Positions 7,870 through 16,512 of a stretch of 45,276 nt of DNA are shown one piece after another. Both the position numbers and the translations under genes were made by a program. Below the pieces are notes generated by a model. It saw nothing but the letters and a program-made list of their open reading frames with translations, did no database searches and was not told where the DNA came from. Source of the DNA: an uncultured Candidatus Woesearchaeota archaeon (GTDB lineage Archaea > Nanobdellota > Nanobdellia > Woesearchaeales > 21-14-0-10-32-9); contig CAITEO010000002.1 of assembly GCA_903891505.1 (NCBI GenBank), positions 1 through 45,276 of the forward strand, read 5' to 3'. The stretch's first letter is position 1; each line of letters begins with the position of its first letter.

Positions 7870-9039
7870 TTACAAATCCTCGTCGAGATCTTCGATGTCT
7901 TCTAGGGACATTAGTTCGTCATCGATGTCTTTGGGGCGCAGGTTTTCTTGTCGCTTAGGCACGTCTGGCTTCTTAGCATCCTGGAAGAATGTTTGCTGCG
8001 CTGCCTGCGCCGCAGGTTTCACCTGATTAGAATTTGAACTAGATGTTTGAGGAATTTCGTTTTCTATTCTCTTTATTTCTTCATCAGGATTTACTTCCCG
8101 AATTACAAAATTTGCAGTTAATTCGAGTCTGTTGAAAAGTGCGTTTTTTGTAACTCGGCCAATAATTTTTACGAGCATTCCGAGCAAATCCGTTTTTACC
8201 TGTTCGAAGAGTTCGAGATGATCTCTGTACTCGAGCAGTTGAGCTTCGTTTATACCAAGTAAGTTAAGGACTTGGTTTTTCCAAAGGACTGTTCGTATGT
8301 TTTCTGTACCGTCGTCAAGAAATATGTTAAGGACGCAGCTGTACGTGTACGCACCTGTCTCGTCTTCTTTCATCCTTTTTCCTGTTTCCTGATTTAACTT
8401 GAAGAATTTGATGTCAAATATTTGAACTATTGTTCCTAGAACCTCTATGTTTTGGTCGTTCTCAGTGAGCTCCTTAATTTTTTTTCTTTGCGCTTGAGGT
8501 CTCTGGAATTGAGCTTGTTGACTAGCTTCTGATACTGTTCCTTTCAACTCTACTCCTGCTGGGTTCACATCTATCGTACTAGAATCAGTAAGATGAAGTT
8601 CTATTTTTCCGTTGTTCTCCCTCGCCATCGCGCCTTTTACTTTTAGAATGTCTCCTTCTTTGAATGTGATTAATAAATCAGCTTTGTCGTTCCATAAAAC
8701 AATAAGAGTCGTACCTGTTTCATCGCCAATTAAGAACTTTGCAAGTTTTCCCTCTCGCTTTTCCGTCTTGAATTCCCTAACCTCATATTTCCTTATGGCT
8801 TTGCCGTCGAGCTCGAGGTTTCTCATGCCAACTAGAATGTTTTTTATCTTGACTACGCCCACAGGTTCTTGGAGTTTAACTCCGAGTTCATTCGCGACAA
8901 TGTGCGCCGCGCCTTCTTTACTTATTAAACCTGATAGCTGGTCTAATTTTTTCTTTATTCTAAAGTCAACTTCCTGCTCAGAAATACCTGCTTTTTCCAT
9001 TATTTTTTCTTTTATTGTCTCAAGTGGCAAGTTTATCAA
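7870..9039 (-). CDS. replication protein A-type ssDNA-binding protein (OB folds)
   Basis: The N-terminal region TIKEKIMEKAGISEQEVDFRIKKKLDQLSGLISKEGAAHIVANELGV resembles the N-terminus of euryarchaeal RPA large subunits. It is followed by OB-fold-like repeats and an acidic tail DDELMSLEDIEDLDEDL. TTG start with a GGGGGAT SD-like site upstream. Confidence 0.75.
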   Translation of the reverse strand: MINLPLETIKEKIMEKAGISEQEVDFRIKKKLDQLSGLISKEGAAHIVANELGVKLQEPVGVVKIKNILVGMRNLELDGKAIRKYEVREFKTEKREGKLAKFLIGDETGTTLIVLWNDKADLLITFKEGDILKVKGAMARENNGKIELHLTDSSTIDVNPAGVELKGTVSEASQQAQFQRPQAQRKKIKELTENDQNIEVLGTIVQIFDIKFFKLNQETGKRMKEDETGAYTYSCVLNIFLDDGTENIRTVLWKNQVLNLLGINEAQLLEYRDHLELFEQVKTDLLGMLVKIIGRVTKNALFNRLELTANFVIREVNPDEEIKRIENEIPQTSSSNSNQVKPAAQAAQQTFFQDAKKPDVPKRQENLRPKDIDDELMSLEDIEDLDEDL

Positions 9040-9240
9040 AATCTATCCCCCACAACCAGTATCCTCGTTGACGCGCTATGCGTTTCGCCATTCTGGCTCA
9101 AGCGCATAAAATTATATCTACGCCAAGTGAATACTCCCTGCAGTTTAAGGTTCCTCCCGTATATTTAAAGTTTACTGCTAGGGTTGGCTTGTCGAGTGGG
9201 AGAAAGTATTTAAAATGAGCTCTCTCTTTCTTTTCAGTTC

Positions 9241-12114
9241 TCATATTTTCAATGCATACTTGAGTGTTCCTAGGGATTCGTCGCCGGTGAGAGAGGAGCA
9301 AATGTACATGTATTTCTGAGTTGGGATGCAAGCCTGCAGCGTATTATTTACTGCGTTCACCACAAGATTTCCTTTCACTGTGAACGTTTGTATTTTAGTC
9401 ATGTTTAATGTTATGAATGGCACAGATCCTAAAATATTTAATTGAGTGTCTATCACATCATCATTATCTACATCAGTTAATGTTTCGTTAGATATTTGCA
9501 CATTATTCAAAACTTTTGCTGATTTTATTGTACAGGTGCAGGCATCGCCAACACTCGCGCATTCTGTTAATGACTTTGCAAATCTAACCAATTCTTCATG
9601 GGCAATATCTGTTGGATTAGGTGAAATATCTTCGAAATTTTCGACAAATACTGCATTTGCCTCTTTGCTATAATTTACTTTTACAAGCACCTGATCATTT
9701 AGTTTTAGGAGTTGATTTGTCTTGTATAATTCGCTTTCTTCATTTTCATAATCTGTCCAAACTGACGCATTTGAGATTATTTTTATCACGAGTTCGCCAG
9801 TCGAATCTTTTATTTTTATTGTCGCGTTTGGATCTGCAAGAAGTTCGGCCAAAGTTATTTCTTTGTCATTAAATATTTGTGTTTGTACACCCTGAGTTTG
9901 CATCGCCTGATTCAAAGGTCCTTTTGCTCTCGTCTGTATATCTGTTATTTTTCCTAATAATAACCCTTTCTGGTCAGGCGCGAGCTTACTTGATATCTTT
10001 ACGTTATAATCAGAAATAGACATTATGTCGTCTTCTAATTCTTTGTCACATACACTAACTTTAAGTTCTGGGTCTTGCCCAGCAGATTGGATTTGGTTTG
10101 AGATGCAATTATCCTTCTCAGCACCTTGTTTTGTCGTGCACAAATTTATTGTTTGCTTAAAGAATTCTTTCGTGTTATCAAAAAGTTTTGTTACATTATA
10201 TATTCTTGTTTGAAATGAATATTTTGCCAAGTACGTTCCAGCTTCTGTCTCTACTGTATCTGATGTTCCTGAAAAGTCCTCGCTCGGCATCTGGAAATTT
10301 GAGTCTAGAACGCATACTTCTGCACGATCTTTTATTTGTGATTGAAATGCTTTTTCTTGAGTTTTTCCTGCGCCTCCATAAATATCTATGTGGTCACATG
10401 CAAGTGCTGAACCTGTGTCTTCGACAATATAGTATCCATTTTTACTATTTCCTTCTCCCCAATAAATGTATAATTTTGCGCCTCTTTTGAATCTTGAGTC
10501 ACATTTCGCCGCGACTGTTCTTCCAGGAATAGGATCTGTGCCCATAGCTGTTACTCCGTTTTTATGTCCTGAAATTGTTGGACTTTGAGTGGGACCAAGA
10601 GGACTTATAGTTTCTGCTTTGAATACTTGTCCATTCATTGATCCACTTCCTTGACATCTTACTGCAGGAAAGAATGAGTCTTGTTTTAGGCAGCATTGAT
10701 ATGATGTTCCACATGCACCACCTACAGACCAAATACCGAAGTCGTTGAAAAATGGAGTGTAATAAACTGTTGTTCTTATATTTTTGAAGCAGTTCTTCTC
10801 GTTTATATCAGCCGGTAGTCCTGCTGCTTTTGCGGTTATAATTTTTAGATCAGCGTTAGCTTCAGGATTTGTTGTCTTTGTGTCTACAATTACGTTTCCT
10901 GTTCCTGCATTGTTTCCATTTGTATTTCCATTCGCGTTCGTATTGCCCGTCCCGATGCTGCTTTGCATTTTGCTGAGTTTATCTTTCGCATCAGTTATTA
11001 TTTGGTTCTCGCTATTTTTTATATCTGAGGATGGATCTGTTCTGCTCGTATCTATTTCGCTATCTAAAAGAACTGTCTTCATTGAAAGATTTATTTCGTT
11101 CCTATTTGCTATTTCTGCAAGTAAATTCTTGAGCGCGGCAATTTGCTGTGGAAGATGTGCATGAGGTGCACTATTCAATAATGCCACAGATATCGCTGTT
11201 CTGTCTGCATCTTCATACATACAAGTCTTTGATGTGGATTTCAAGCAGTACGCGCTCTTCGTGTATCTTGATTCTGGGGTGAATAGAAATACTTTGCCGT
11301 TCTTGTCTATGATATAGTTGTAATTTCTCAGTCCTGTTTTTAATTCGTTGTATGTTTCTTCGATTGAACTCGTATCGGTATCATGAACTATTATTGTTGT
11401 AGGAACATCATTCTGTCTTCTTGCAAAAGATGCCAGTATAGAATATTTTCTTGCTACTTGATATCCGTCTTCATTTGTCACAACATCATCTATTGTTGTT
11501 CTTGCTGTTTTTGTTTTGTCAGCAACACTATAGTAAGACTCCACATATGCATAAACTGGTATGCCAAGATCCGTCAAAGATTGCACCCATATTTTCATGT
11601 TTCCATTTTCTTTCACAATAACTGTATCAAGTTCGTCAACATTTATCTTAAGAGGATCATATTTTAGAATTAGACTGTTCATATTTTTAATGAACTCTGA
11701 TTTGAACATCTGTTCATAATCTGGAAAACATTCATCAATGTTTTTCTGAGAATCTATTATAGGATATGTTAGTTTTCCGCAACCTGCATTCTGTATTTTT
11801 CCTTTGAACGTCTCCTCTGAATAACCTGATGCAGATATTGTTGAAGTTGCTGCTTCTTTGGCCGCAATATCTATTGATGCATCCATGTAAAAAAATACTC
11901 TTTCTGTCGCCTCGAATGTATTTATTATTTTTATAGGTGTTTCGCCCATATCTCCTACTTTAGAACTGAGATCGCTTACTCTAAATATGAGTATGGCTGC
12001 GAATATGAATCCTGCAAATAAAAATAATAACAGAGTAATATTTCCTTTCTTCCCGATTACTTTTGAACCAAACAATCTTTTTGTTTGTTCTTTTGTGTTT
12101 ATTCTTTTTTTCAT
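9241..12114 (-). CDS. pilin-like-anchored surface protein with amidase_2-like and 3D (MltA/RlpA-like) peptidoglycan-lytic domains
   Basis: N-terminus GKKGN-ITLLLFLFAGFIFAAILIF. Residues ~236-362 read TTIIVHDTDTSSIEETYNEL...NYNYIIDKNGKVFLFTPESRY...AISVALLN (amidase_2-like). Residues ~445-582 read GRTVAAKCDSRFKRGAKLYIYWGEGNSKNGYYIVEDTGSALACDHIDIYGG (three-Asp 3D domain). Confidence 0.8.
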   Translation of the reverse strand: MKKRINTKEQTKRLFGSKVIGKKGNITLLLFLFAGFIFAAILIFRVSDLSSKVGDMGETPIKIINTFEATERVFFYMDASIDIAAKEAATSTISASGYSEETFKGKIQNAGCGKLTYPIIDSQKNIDECFPDYEQMFKSEFIKNMNSLILKYDPLKINVDELDTVIVKENGNMKIWVQSLTDLGIPVYAYVESYYSVADKTKTARTTIDDVVTNEDGYQVARKYSILASFARRQNDVPTTIIVHDTDTSSIEETYNELKTGLRNYNYIIDKNGKVFLFTPESRYTKSAYCLKSTSKTCMYEDADRTAISVALLNSAPHAHLPQQIAALKNLLAEIANRNEINLSMKTVLLDSEIDTSRTDPSSDIKNSENQIITDAKDKLSKMQSSIGTGNTNANGNTNGNNAGTGNVIVDTKTTNPEANADLKIITAKAAGLPADINEKNCFKNIRTTVYYTPFFNDFGIWSVGGACGTSYQCCLKQDSFFPAVRCQGSGSMNGQVFKAETISPLGPTQSPTISGHKNGVTAMGTDPIPGRTVAAKCDSRFKRGAKLYIYWGEGNSKNGYYIVEDTGSALACDHIDIYGGAGKTQEKAFQSQIKDRAEVCVLDSNFQMPSEDFSGTSDTVETEAGTYLAKYSFQTRIYNVTKLFDNTKEFFKQTINLCTTKQGAEKDNCISNQIQSAGQDPELKVSVCDKELEDDIMSISDYNVKISSKLAPDQKGLLLGKITDIQTRAKGPLNQAMQTQGVQTQIFNDKEITLAELLADPNATIKIKDSTGELVIKIISNASVWTDYENEESELYKTNQLLKLNDQVLVKVNYSKEANAVFVENFEDISPNPTDIAHEELVRFAKSLTECASVGDACTCTIKSAKVLNNVQISNETLTDVDNDDVIDTQLNILGSVPFITLNMTKIQTFTVKGNLVVNAVNNTLQACIPTQKYMYICSSLTGDESLGTLKYALKI

Positions 12115-12256
12115 CGTTTGTTTTATCTCGCATTTTGTTATTTATTTTTTGTTTATCTTATCTTTTCTTATCATTTGTATGTTTTGTCTTAGCTTTTCGG
12201 CACCATTATTTTATTTTATATTCTCATTATTTTATTATCTGTTGCTCAATTCTCAT

Positions 12257-13429
12257 CTAATTAGGAAATGAACAAACTTTTATTCCTGCTGATCTTTTCT
12301 CCTCTGTTTTTCCCCATTGGAATGAACCATATTCAAAGTGCCAGGTTTCTTTTTTCCATCGTACAAATCCCGCATCGCACATAATGCTTTCTGCAAGAGC
12401 TAAATTTGTTCCGCCCGCACCATTTAGCTTTGTTCCATCTTTTGTGTATAATATAGCATCGACTGCAGTCCCATCTAAATGTCCTGATGGATTTGTGAGC
12501 TTGTCCGGATTTCTTGCGAAACGGCAATCGTTATTGCTGCAATCACATCCTTCTTTGCACGCTTTTTCATAAAGCGCCATTTGAATTTCTTTTGTTCTAT
12601 ATGCTTGAGTTATTACAAGTTTCATTTCTTTTGGTCGAAGTTCTGTTTCAGAGATATTTTTAAGTCTATCTACAAGCGCAGGCGTAGCATAACATATTTT
12701 TCCAACAGTCGTGTCTGTTTCATCACAAACAACGTTTGGGATATTTTCTATTTTTACAAGCTGCTCCCCGTTCGGAGAAATTGGCCCTGTTCCGCTAGAC
12801 TCGTAGCCCTTAAGCAGCCCTGCTTTGTATCCGAAAACTCTCGGTTGTCGTTTATCCATATCTGTTGCTAATTTAAAGACGACGAGTTTGTTTTTTCCAT
12901 CTGGATTCGGCACTGTTGTTTTTGGTAATTTGTCTATTGTTCCCGGGTCACAAGAATCTACGGAAACAGGAATTGAAATGAATGGCATAACACTCACCAC
13001 TACTCCTACTGTCGCTTTAGAATTTTGTGTGCCTGTTGAAGTGAGTAAATAGCACTTATCATCCACAATAACTAACCATGTGTCTGTCATTCTGCCATCA
13101 GGATAGAATTTTGAAAGTGCGACCACTAATTGCTCGTTGAATGACGCCATACCTGCGTCTGTAGTTATATCTGCATCCGCGACAAGATTGTATACTTTGT
13201 AACCTGCGCGTACATCTTGATCAAGCACCATTCTTGTCGAGAAGAATCCGCCGGCTACATTTATGTCGCTAGTGATTTTGTCTTGCTGATTCTTAAGACC
13301 TGTATAGAGAAAGACGAGCAAAACTCCGAAAATAATCAAGAACCCTATACCTACTAGGAACAAAGATGCGAAATCTTCAAATTGCCCTTTTTTATTCAAG
13401 ATTATTTTATTCAACTTGGTTTTGCTCAC
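12257..13429 (-). CDS. pilin-like-anchored M15 (VanY/LAS-type) peptidoglycan peptidase
   Basis: N-terminus NKKGQ-FEDFASLFLVGIGFLIIFGVLLVF. The C-terminal domain is LVITQAYRTKEIQMALYEK...NPSGHLDGTAVD (exact SxHxxGxAxD, nt 12458-12488)...ETWHFEY (nt 12329-12343). GTG start with a GGAGAT SD upstream. Confidence 0.8.
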   Translation of the reverse strand: MSKTKLNKIILNKKGQFEDFASLFLVGIGFLIIFGVLLVFLYTGLKNQQDKITSDINVAGGFFSTRMVLDQDVRAGYKVYNLVADADITTDAGMASFNEQLVVALSKFYPDGRMTDTWLVIVDDKCYLLTSTGTQNSKATVGVVVSVMPFISIPVSVDSCDPGTIDKLPKTTVPNPDGKNKLVVFKLATDMDKRQPRVFGYKAGLLKGYESSGTGPISPNGEQLVKIENIPNVVCDETDTTVGKICYATPALVDRLKNISETELRPKEMKLVITQAYRTKEIQMALYEKACKEGCDCSNNDCRFARNPDKLTNPSGHLDGTAVDAILYTKDGTKLNGAGGTNLALAESIMCDAGFVRWKKETWHFEYGSFQWGKTEEKRSAGIKVCSFPN

Positions 13430-13578
13430 TATTATTTTATCTCCTATGCTTATTTTTTTATTATTTTATGTCTTATTATTTTTTGGTTTGATGGTATTTT
13501 GTTTTATTTTATCTCTTTTTCTCTATTTTTTCTACTCTTTTTTTCTCAATTTAATATTTAGTTTAATTTTTAGTTTAA

Positions 13579-14073
13579 TTAATCGCTTCCTGCTTTATGA
13601 AAAAAAGTCAGTATAGCTGGTCTTTCTAACCCATGATCATATACATAAACGAAGTATTTTGTCATTGTAACTTTCTGCGCGTTTAATCCCCAATTTTGAG
13701 ATTCTATGAAATCTACATATTGCATATTGCTAGTGTTCATTCTTATTTCTGCAGCCATTGCATGTTTCGCCGTACCTACTAGCGGAACACATTCCCTAAG
13801 AACTTGCTCATTAAATCTTTCAATATCTATAACTCCTGTGTATACTCGTCCCGTGTCGTCTTTATACGCAAAACAATTAGGAGAATAAAGAACTCTTGCT
13901 TCGTAGACTGTTGGTTCTACATTATTATTGACAAATATTTGTCTGAGTGATGCTGTCCAAGCTACGGCTATAGCTACAATTAGACCTATAAAAATAAGCA
14001 TTATTATCCAGAATAAGCCCTTATCCGCCTCGCTTATTAATCCTTTTTTGTTGATTTTTATTGCTCGTCCCAT
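13579..14073 (-). CDS. class III signal (pilin-like) protein, unknown mature domain
   Basis: N-terminus NKKGL-ISEADKGLFWIIMLIFIGLIVAIAVA, with a GAGGA SD upstream. Confidence 0.6.
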   Translation of the reverse strand: MGRAIKINKKGLISEADKGLFWIIMLIFIGLIVAIAVAWTASLRQIFVNNNVEPTVYEARVLYSPNCFAYKDDTGRVYTGVIDIERFNEQVLRECVPLVGTAKHAMAAEIRMNTSNMQYVDFIESQNWGLNAQKVTMTKYFVYVYDHGLERPAILTFFHKAGSD

Positions 14074-14147
14074 TTGTCCTCATACAATATTATTATTCTA
14101 CTCGTCGTAAGATCTTTTTAGATCTTATCAAATATTCTTCAAATCTT

Positions 14148-15062
14148 TTAGTTAGTTAATCCTTGATTTATTGCGTCAAAGAGCTCCTTTGAAATCTGCG
14201 ATGTCAATCTTACTGAGTTATCTTTTGAAAGATTAATATACTTCTCAGCAGGCCCGAATACAACTTTTATTTCTTGTTTACTTGACGCAATCATTTGTAT
14301 TGATTTAAATTGATCTGCGTGATTTAATTGAATTGTTCTTTGCATATAACATGCAATTCTTTTGCTCCACGCGGTGTTAAGTGGATGCTGCGGATCTTCA
14401 TAATAATAAATGTTAATCCCCTCTGTTTGTGATGTTCCGAATGAAAATATGAACGCATCATTTGTTGTACTTGCATCATTTTGATCTAAGTAAGCAACTT
14501 TTGTATTTGGATCATATCTTGCTTTTGAATTAAGCGTAGTTGCAAGCAATTGAAGATATGTCTTTGCTTCTCCTGATTCGTCTGACTGTACGAAAAATCT
14601 GACTGCCATTTTTGAATTTGCATTGTTAAATGTTTGTGGAATGCTCACGCAATTATCTGTAAAGCTAACATCTTCATTCGTGAATTTTAATGTAGAATCT
14701 TTCAACGACATTGGTATTGACAGCGTGTTTTGTATTATTGCTGCAGTAATAGTTATTCCCCTCATAGAAAAGTAAGGATATCTTCCTGCTCCATCTTTTG
14801 AAATTATGATAACCTCATCTGGGGTTATCTGAACTTTGTATTGTTCAGTATTTTTTTCATAATTGTAGGCTATATCATATGGCGCAGCAGATATAGTCAT
14901 GATTGAAAGCGCGAAATCCTTGGACATTACTTGTTCAGTCGAACCAAACATGAGTTTGGGAACAGATATGATAAGAATAACCATTATTGAAACTCCGACA
15001 ACGAGCTCTGCTATAGTATAGAGCATACTTCTTGTCGCATCAACCCCTTTCTTATTCATCAT
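14148..15062 (-). CDS. class III signal (pilin-like) protein, unknown mature domain
   Basis: N-terminus MMNKKGV-DATRSMLYTIAELVVGVSIMVILIISV. The YTIAELVV stretch is reminiscent of the bacterial FTLIEL pilin helix. The ATG at 15062 is preferred over the track TTG at 15065. GGAAGGGG SD upstream. Confidence 0.65.
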   Translation of the reverse strand: MMNKKGVDATRSMLYTIAELVVGVSIMVILIISVPKLMFGSTEQVMSKDFALSIMTISAAPYDIAYNYEKNTEQYKVQITPDEVIIISKDGAGRYPYFSMRGITITAAIIQNTLSIPMSLKDSTLKFTNEDVSFTDNCVSIPQTFNNANSKMAVRFFVQSDESGEAKTYLQLLATTLNSKARYDPNTKVAYLDQNDASTTNDAFIFSFGTSQTEGINIYYYEDPQHPLNTAWSKRIACYMQRTIQLNHADQFKSIQMIASSKQEIKVVFGPAEKYINLSKDNSVRLTSQISKELFDAINQGLTN

Positions 15063-15148
15063 CAAAAACCCCTTCCATCTCGTCCAATATTAATATAATT
15101 TCTCTAACGTTTTTCTGAATTTGTTTCTCTAAATTTATTCCTTTAAAT

Positions 15149-15922
15149 TCAGTAATTCTTTAGGCACTCATCTGTAAAGCATAATTTTATTGTGTTATCA
15201 GGATTTTTAACAACGTAAACATCAGCATAGCTTGTCACAAACATATATTTATATCCTGTATAGCCAATTTCTTGAGCAGCTGTCGGATTTTTGTAGTATC
15301 TCCAAAAAGACATTCCTCCTTGCCATCTGTAAACGTAACTGTTGTCTCCAAGATGAAGCTCTGAATCTTTAGTCTCATCCACCCCTGCTCTTTTTTTGAG
15401 CGCTTCGTAATTTGTAGAATCCATTATTTTTTCAAGAAAAGTATTTTCCTGAAAATCCACATCACTAATATTTGTGCATTCTATTTTTTTCTCACAGTTC
15501 AATGTTGTAGCGAGGGTTCCTGTATTTTTATATGTCGTGTTTGAGAATCCTGGTGAATACTCTGTGCATAAACATATGCATGTATTTCCGACAGGAGGAC
15601 AATCTACGGGACGAGGCACGTATCTTTTGTATCCGCTGGGAAATATTTCTATTACTTCTTCTGCGTTTTTGTTGAAAACGTAAATCGCGGTTCCTTCGTC
15701 GAGAGTTACGCTAACCAGCTTCATCTTTATGTTGCCACTTTTGTTTGCAACTTCGTGCATTGCAGCAATAAGTGCGTTTGTACTCTCATCAGACGCTTTG
15801 TGCGATTTTAGTGCTTTTGATATTGCGCTAAACGTGATTAGAAAAAGAAAAATAAATACTACTAATCCAATGATGAATGTTAACATCACTCCTTCTGCTG
15901 CTTTTCTGTTCATCTTTCTCAT
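15149..15922 (-). CDS. class III signal (pilin-like) protein, Cys-containing mature domain
   Basis: N-terminus NRKAA-EGVMLTFIIGLVVFIFLFLITF. Its ATG overlaps the upstream stop (ATGA), indicating translational coupling. Confidence 0.6.
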   Translation of the reverse strand: MRKMNRKAAEGVMLTFIIGLVVFIFLFLITFSAISKALKSHKASDESTNALIAAMHEVANKSGNIKMKLVSVTLDEGTAIYVFNKNAEEVIEIFPSGYKRYVPRPVDCPPVGNTCICLCTEYSPGFSNTTYKNTGTLATTLNCEKKIECTNISDVDFQENTFLEKIMDSTNYEALKKRAGVDETKDSELHLGDNSYVYRWQGGMSFWRYYKNPTAAQEIGYTGYKYMFVTSYADVYVVKNPDNTIKLCFTDECLKNY

Positions 15923-16446
15923 GGTCCAGTAGTTTTAGTTTTATCTGCTGCTGCAGGAGGTATGTTTTGTACCAAATCACAAGGTGTTTGTCCTGGATGA
16001 GCATCTATTTCGCCGAAGAAATTCAAATCACTTTTCATAAGATACCTACAATCAGGACCTGTATAAAGACATCGTCCTGGTCCTACTGCGCTCTGGCTCC
16101 AGATAAACATCTCTTTTTTTATGTTGTCTTTCATTGCAATGTTTGCAGCGATATTCGCCTTATTATTTGCGCAACCACATGTTTTTTGGTCGAATGATGC
16201 TACGCAGTATTCGCCGCCACTTGCACCTATTATTTTATCGTTGTCATAACCACATTGACATGGATCTAACGGATTTGTTTTTCCATCTCCGTCAAAATCT
16301 CCGTTTTCCAAATACGCACCGAATGCATCTCCTCCAGAGATGTATTTTGGATAAATTACGAATATAAAAAACAAGAGAAGCATACCTAATATCACAATCG
16401 TCATTAAGATTTTTAGCCCCATAGATATTGATCCTTTTTTATTCAT
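15919..16446 (-). CDS. class III signal (pilin-like) protein with Ca-binding-like DxDxDG motif
   Basis: The start is reset to the ATG at 16446 (MNKKGS-ISMGLKILMTIVILGMLLLFFIF) because a perfect GGAGGT SD lies 6 nt upstream. The mature part contains DGDFDGDGKTNPLDPCQC. Confidence 0.65.
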   Translation of the reverse strand: MNKKGSISMGLKILMTIVILGMLLLFFIFVIYPKYISGGDAFGAYLENGDFDGDGKTNPLDPCQCGYDNDKIIGASGGEYCVASFDQKTCGCANNKANIAANIAMKDNIKKEMFIWSQSAVGPGRCLYTGPDCRYLMKSDLNFFGEIDAHPGQTPCDLVQNIPPAAADKTKTTGP

Positions 16447-16512
16447 TTTATTACCTCCAAATATGATTTTCACGATCCGTTGTTATCTTATTATTTACTA
16501 TTCTAAGTTTAA

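Noticed and set aside
8612-9109. A 165-aa plus-strand ORF.
   Set aside because: It is entirely antisense to the RPA-like gene and has an S/F/P-rich low-complexity translation, so it is a shadow ORF.
9098-9331. A 77-aa minus-strand ORF bridging the end of the 957-aa gene and the RPA upstream region.
   Set aside because: It overlaps the 3' end of the 957-aa gene in another frame and has no signals. The region is better explained as the spacer carrying the RPA promoter or leader.
11987-13616. F/L/I-rich plus-strand ORFs at 11987-12271, 12063-12260 and 13416-13616 that look like small membrane proteins.
   Set aside because: They are translations of T-rich intergenic spacers on the non-coding strand of a uniformly minus-strand cluster. 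They have no promoter or SD and are extremely low in complexity.
16447-16473. Upstream extensions of track starts: GTG at 16473, TTG at 15065, GTG at 3437, TTG at 6723 and ATG at 21548.
   Set aside because: In each case an in-frame ATG slightly downstream has a proper SD (GGAGGT, GGAAGGGG, AGGTG, AGAGGTG) or the canonical TATA spacing. The extension would include the SD itself.
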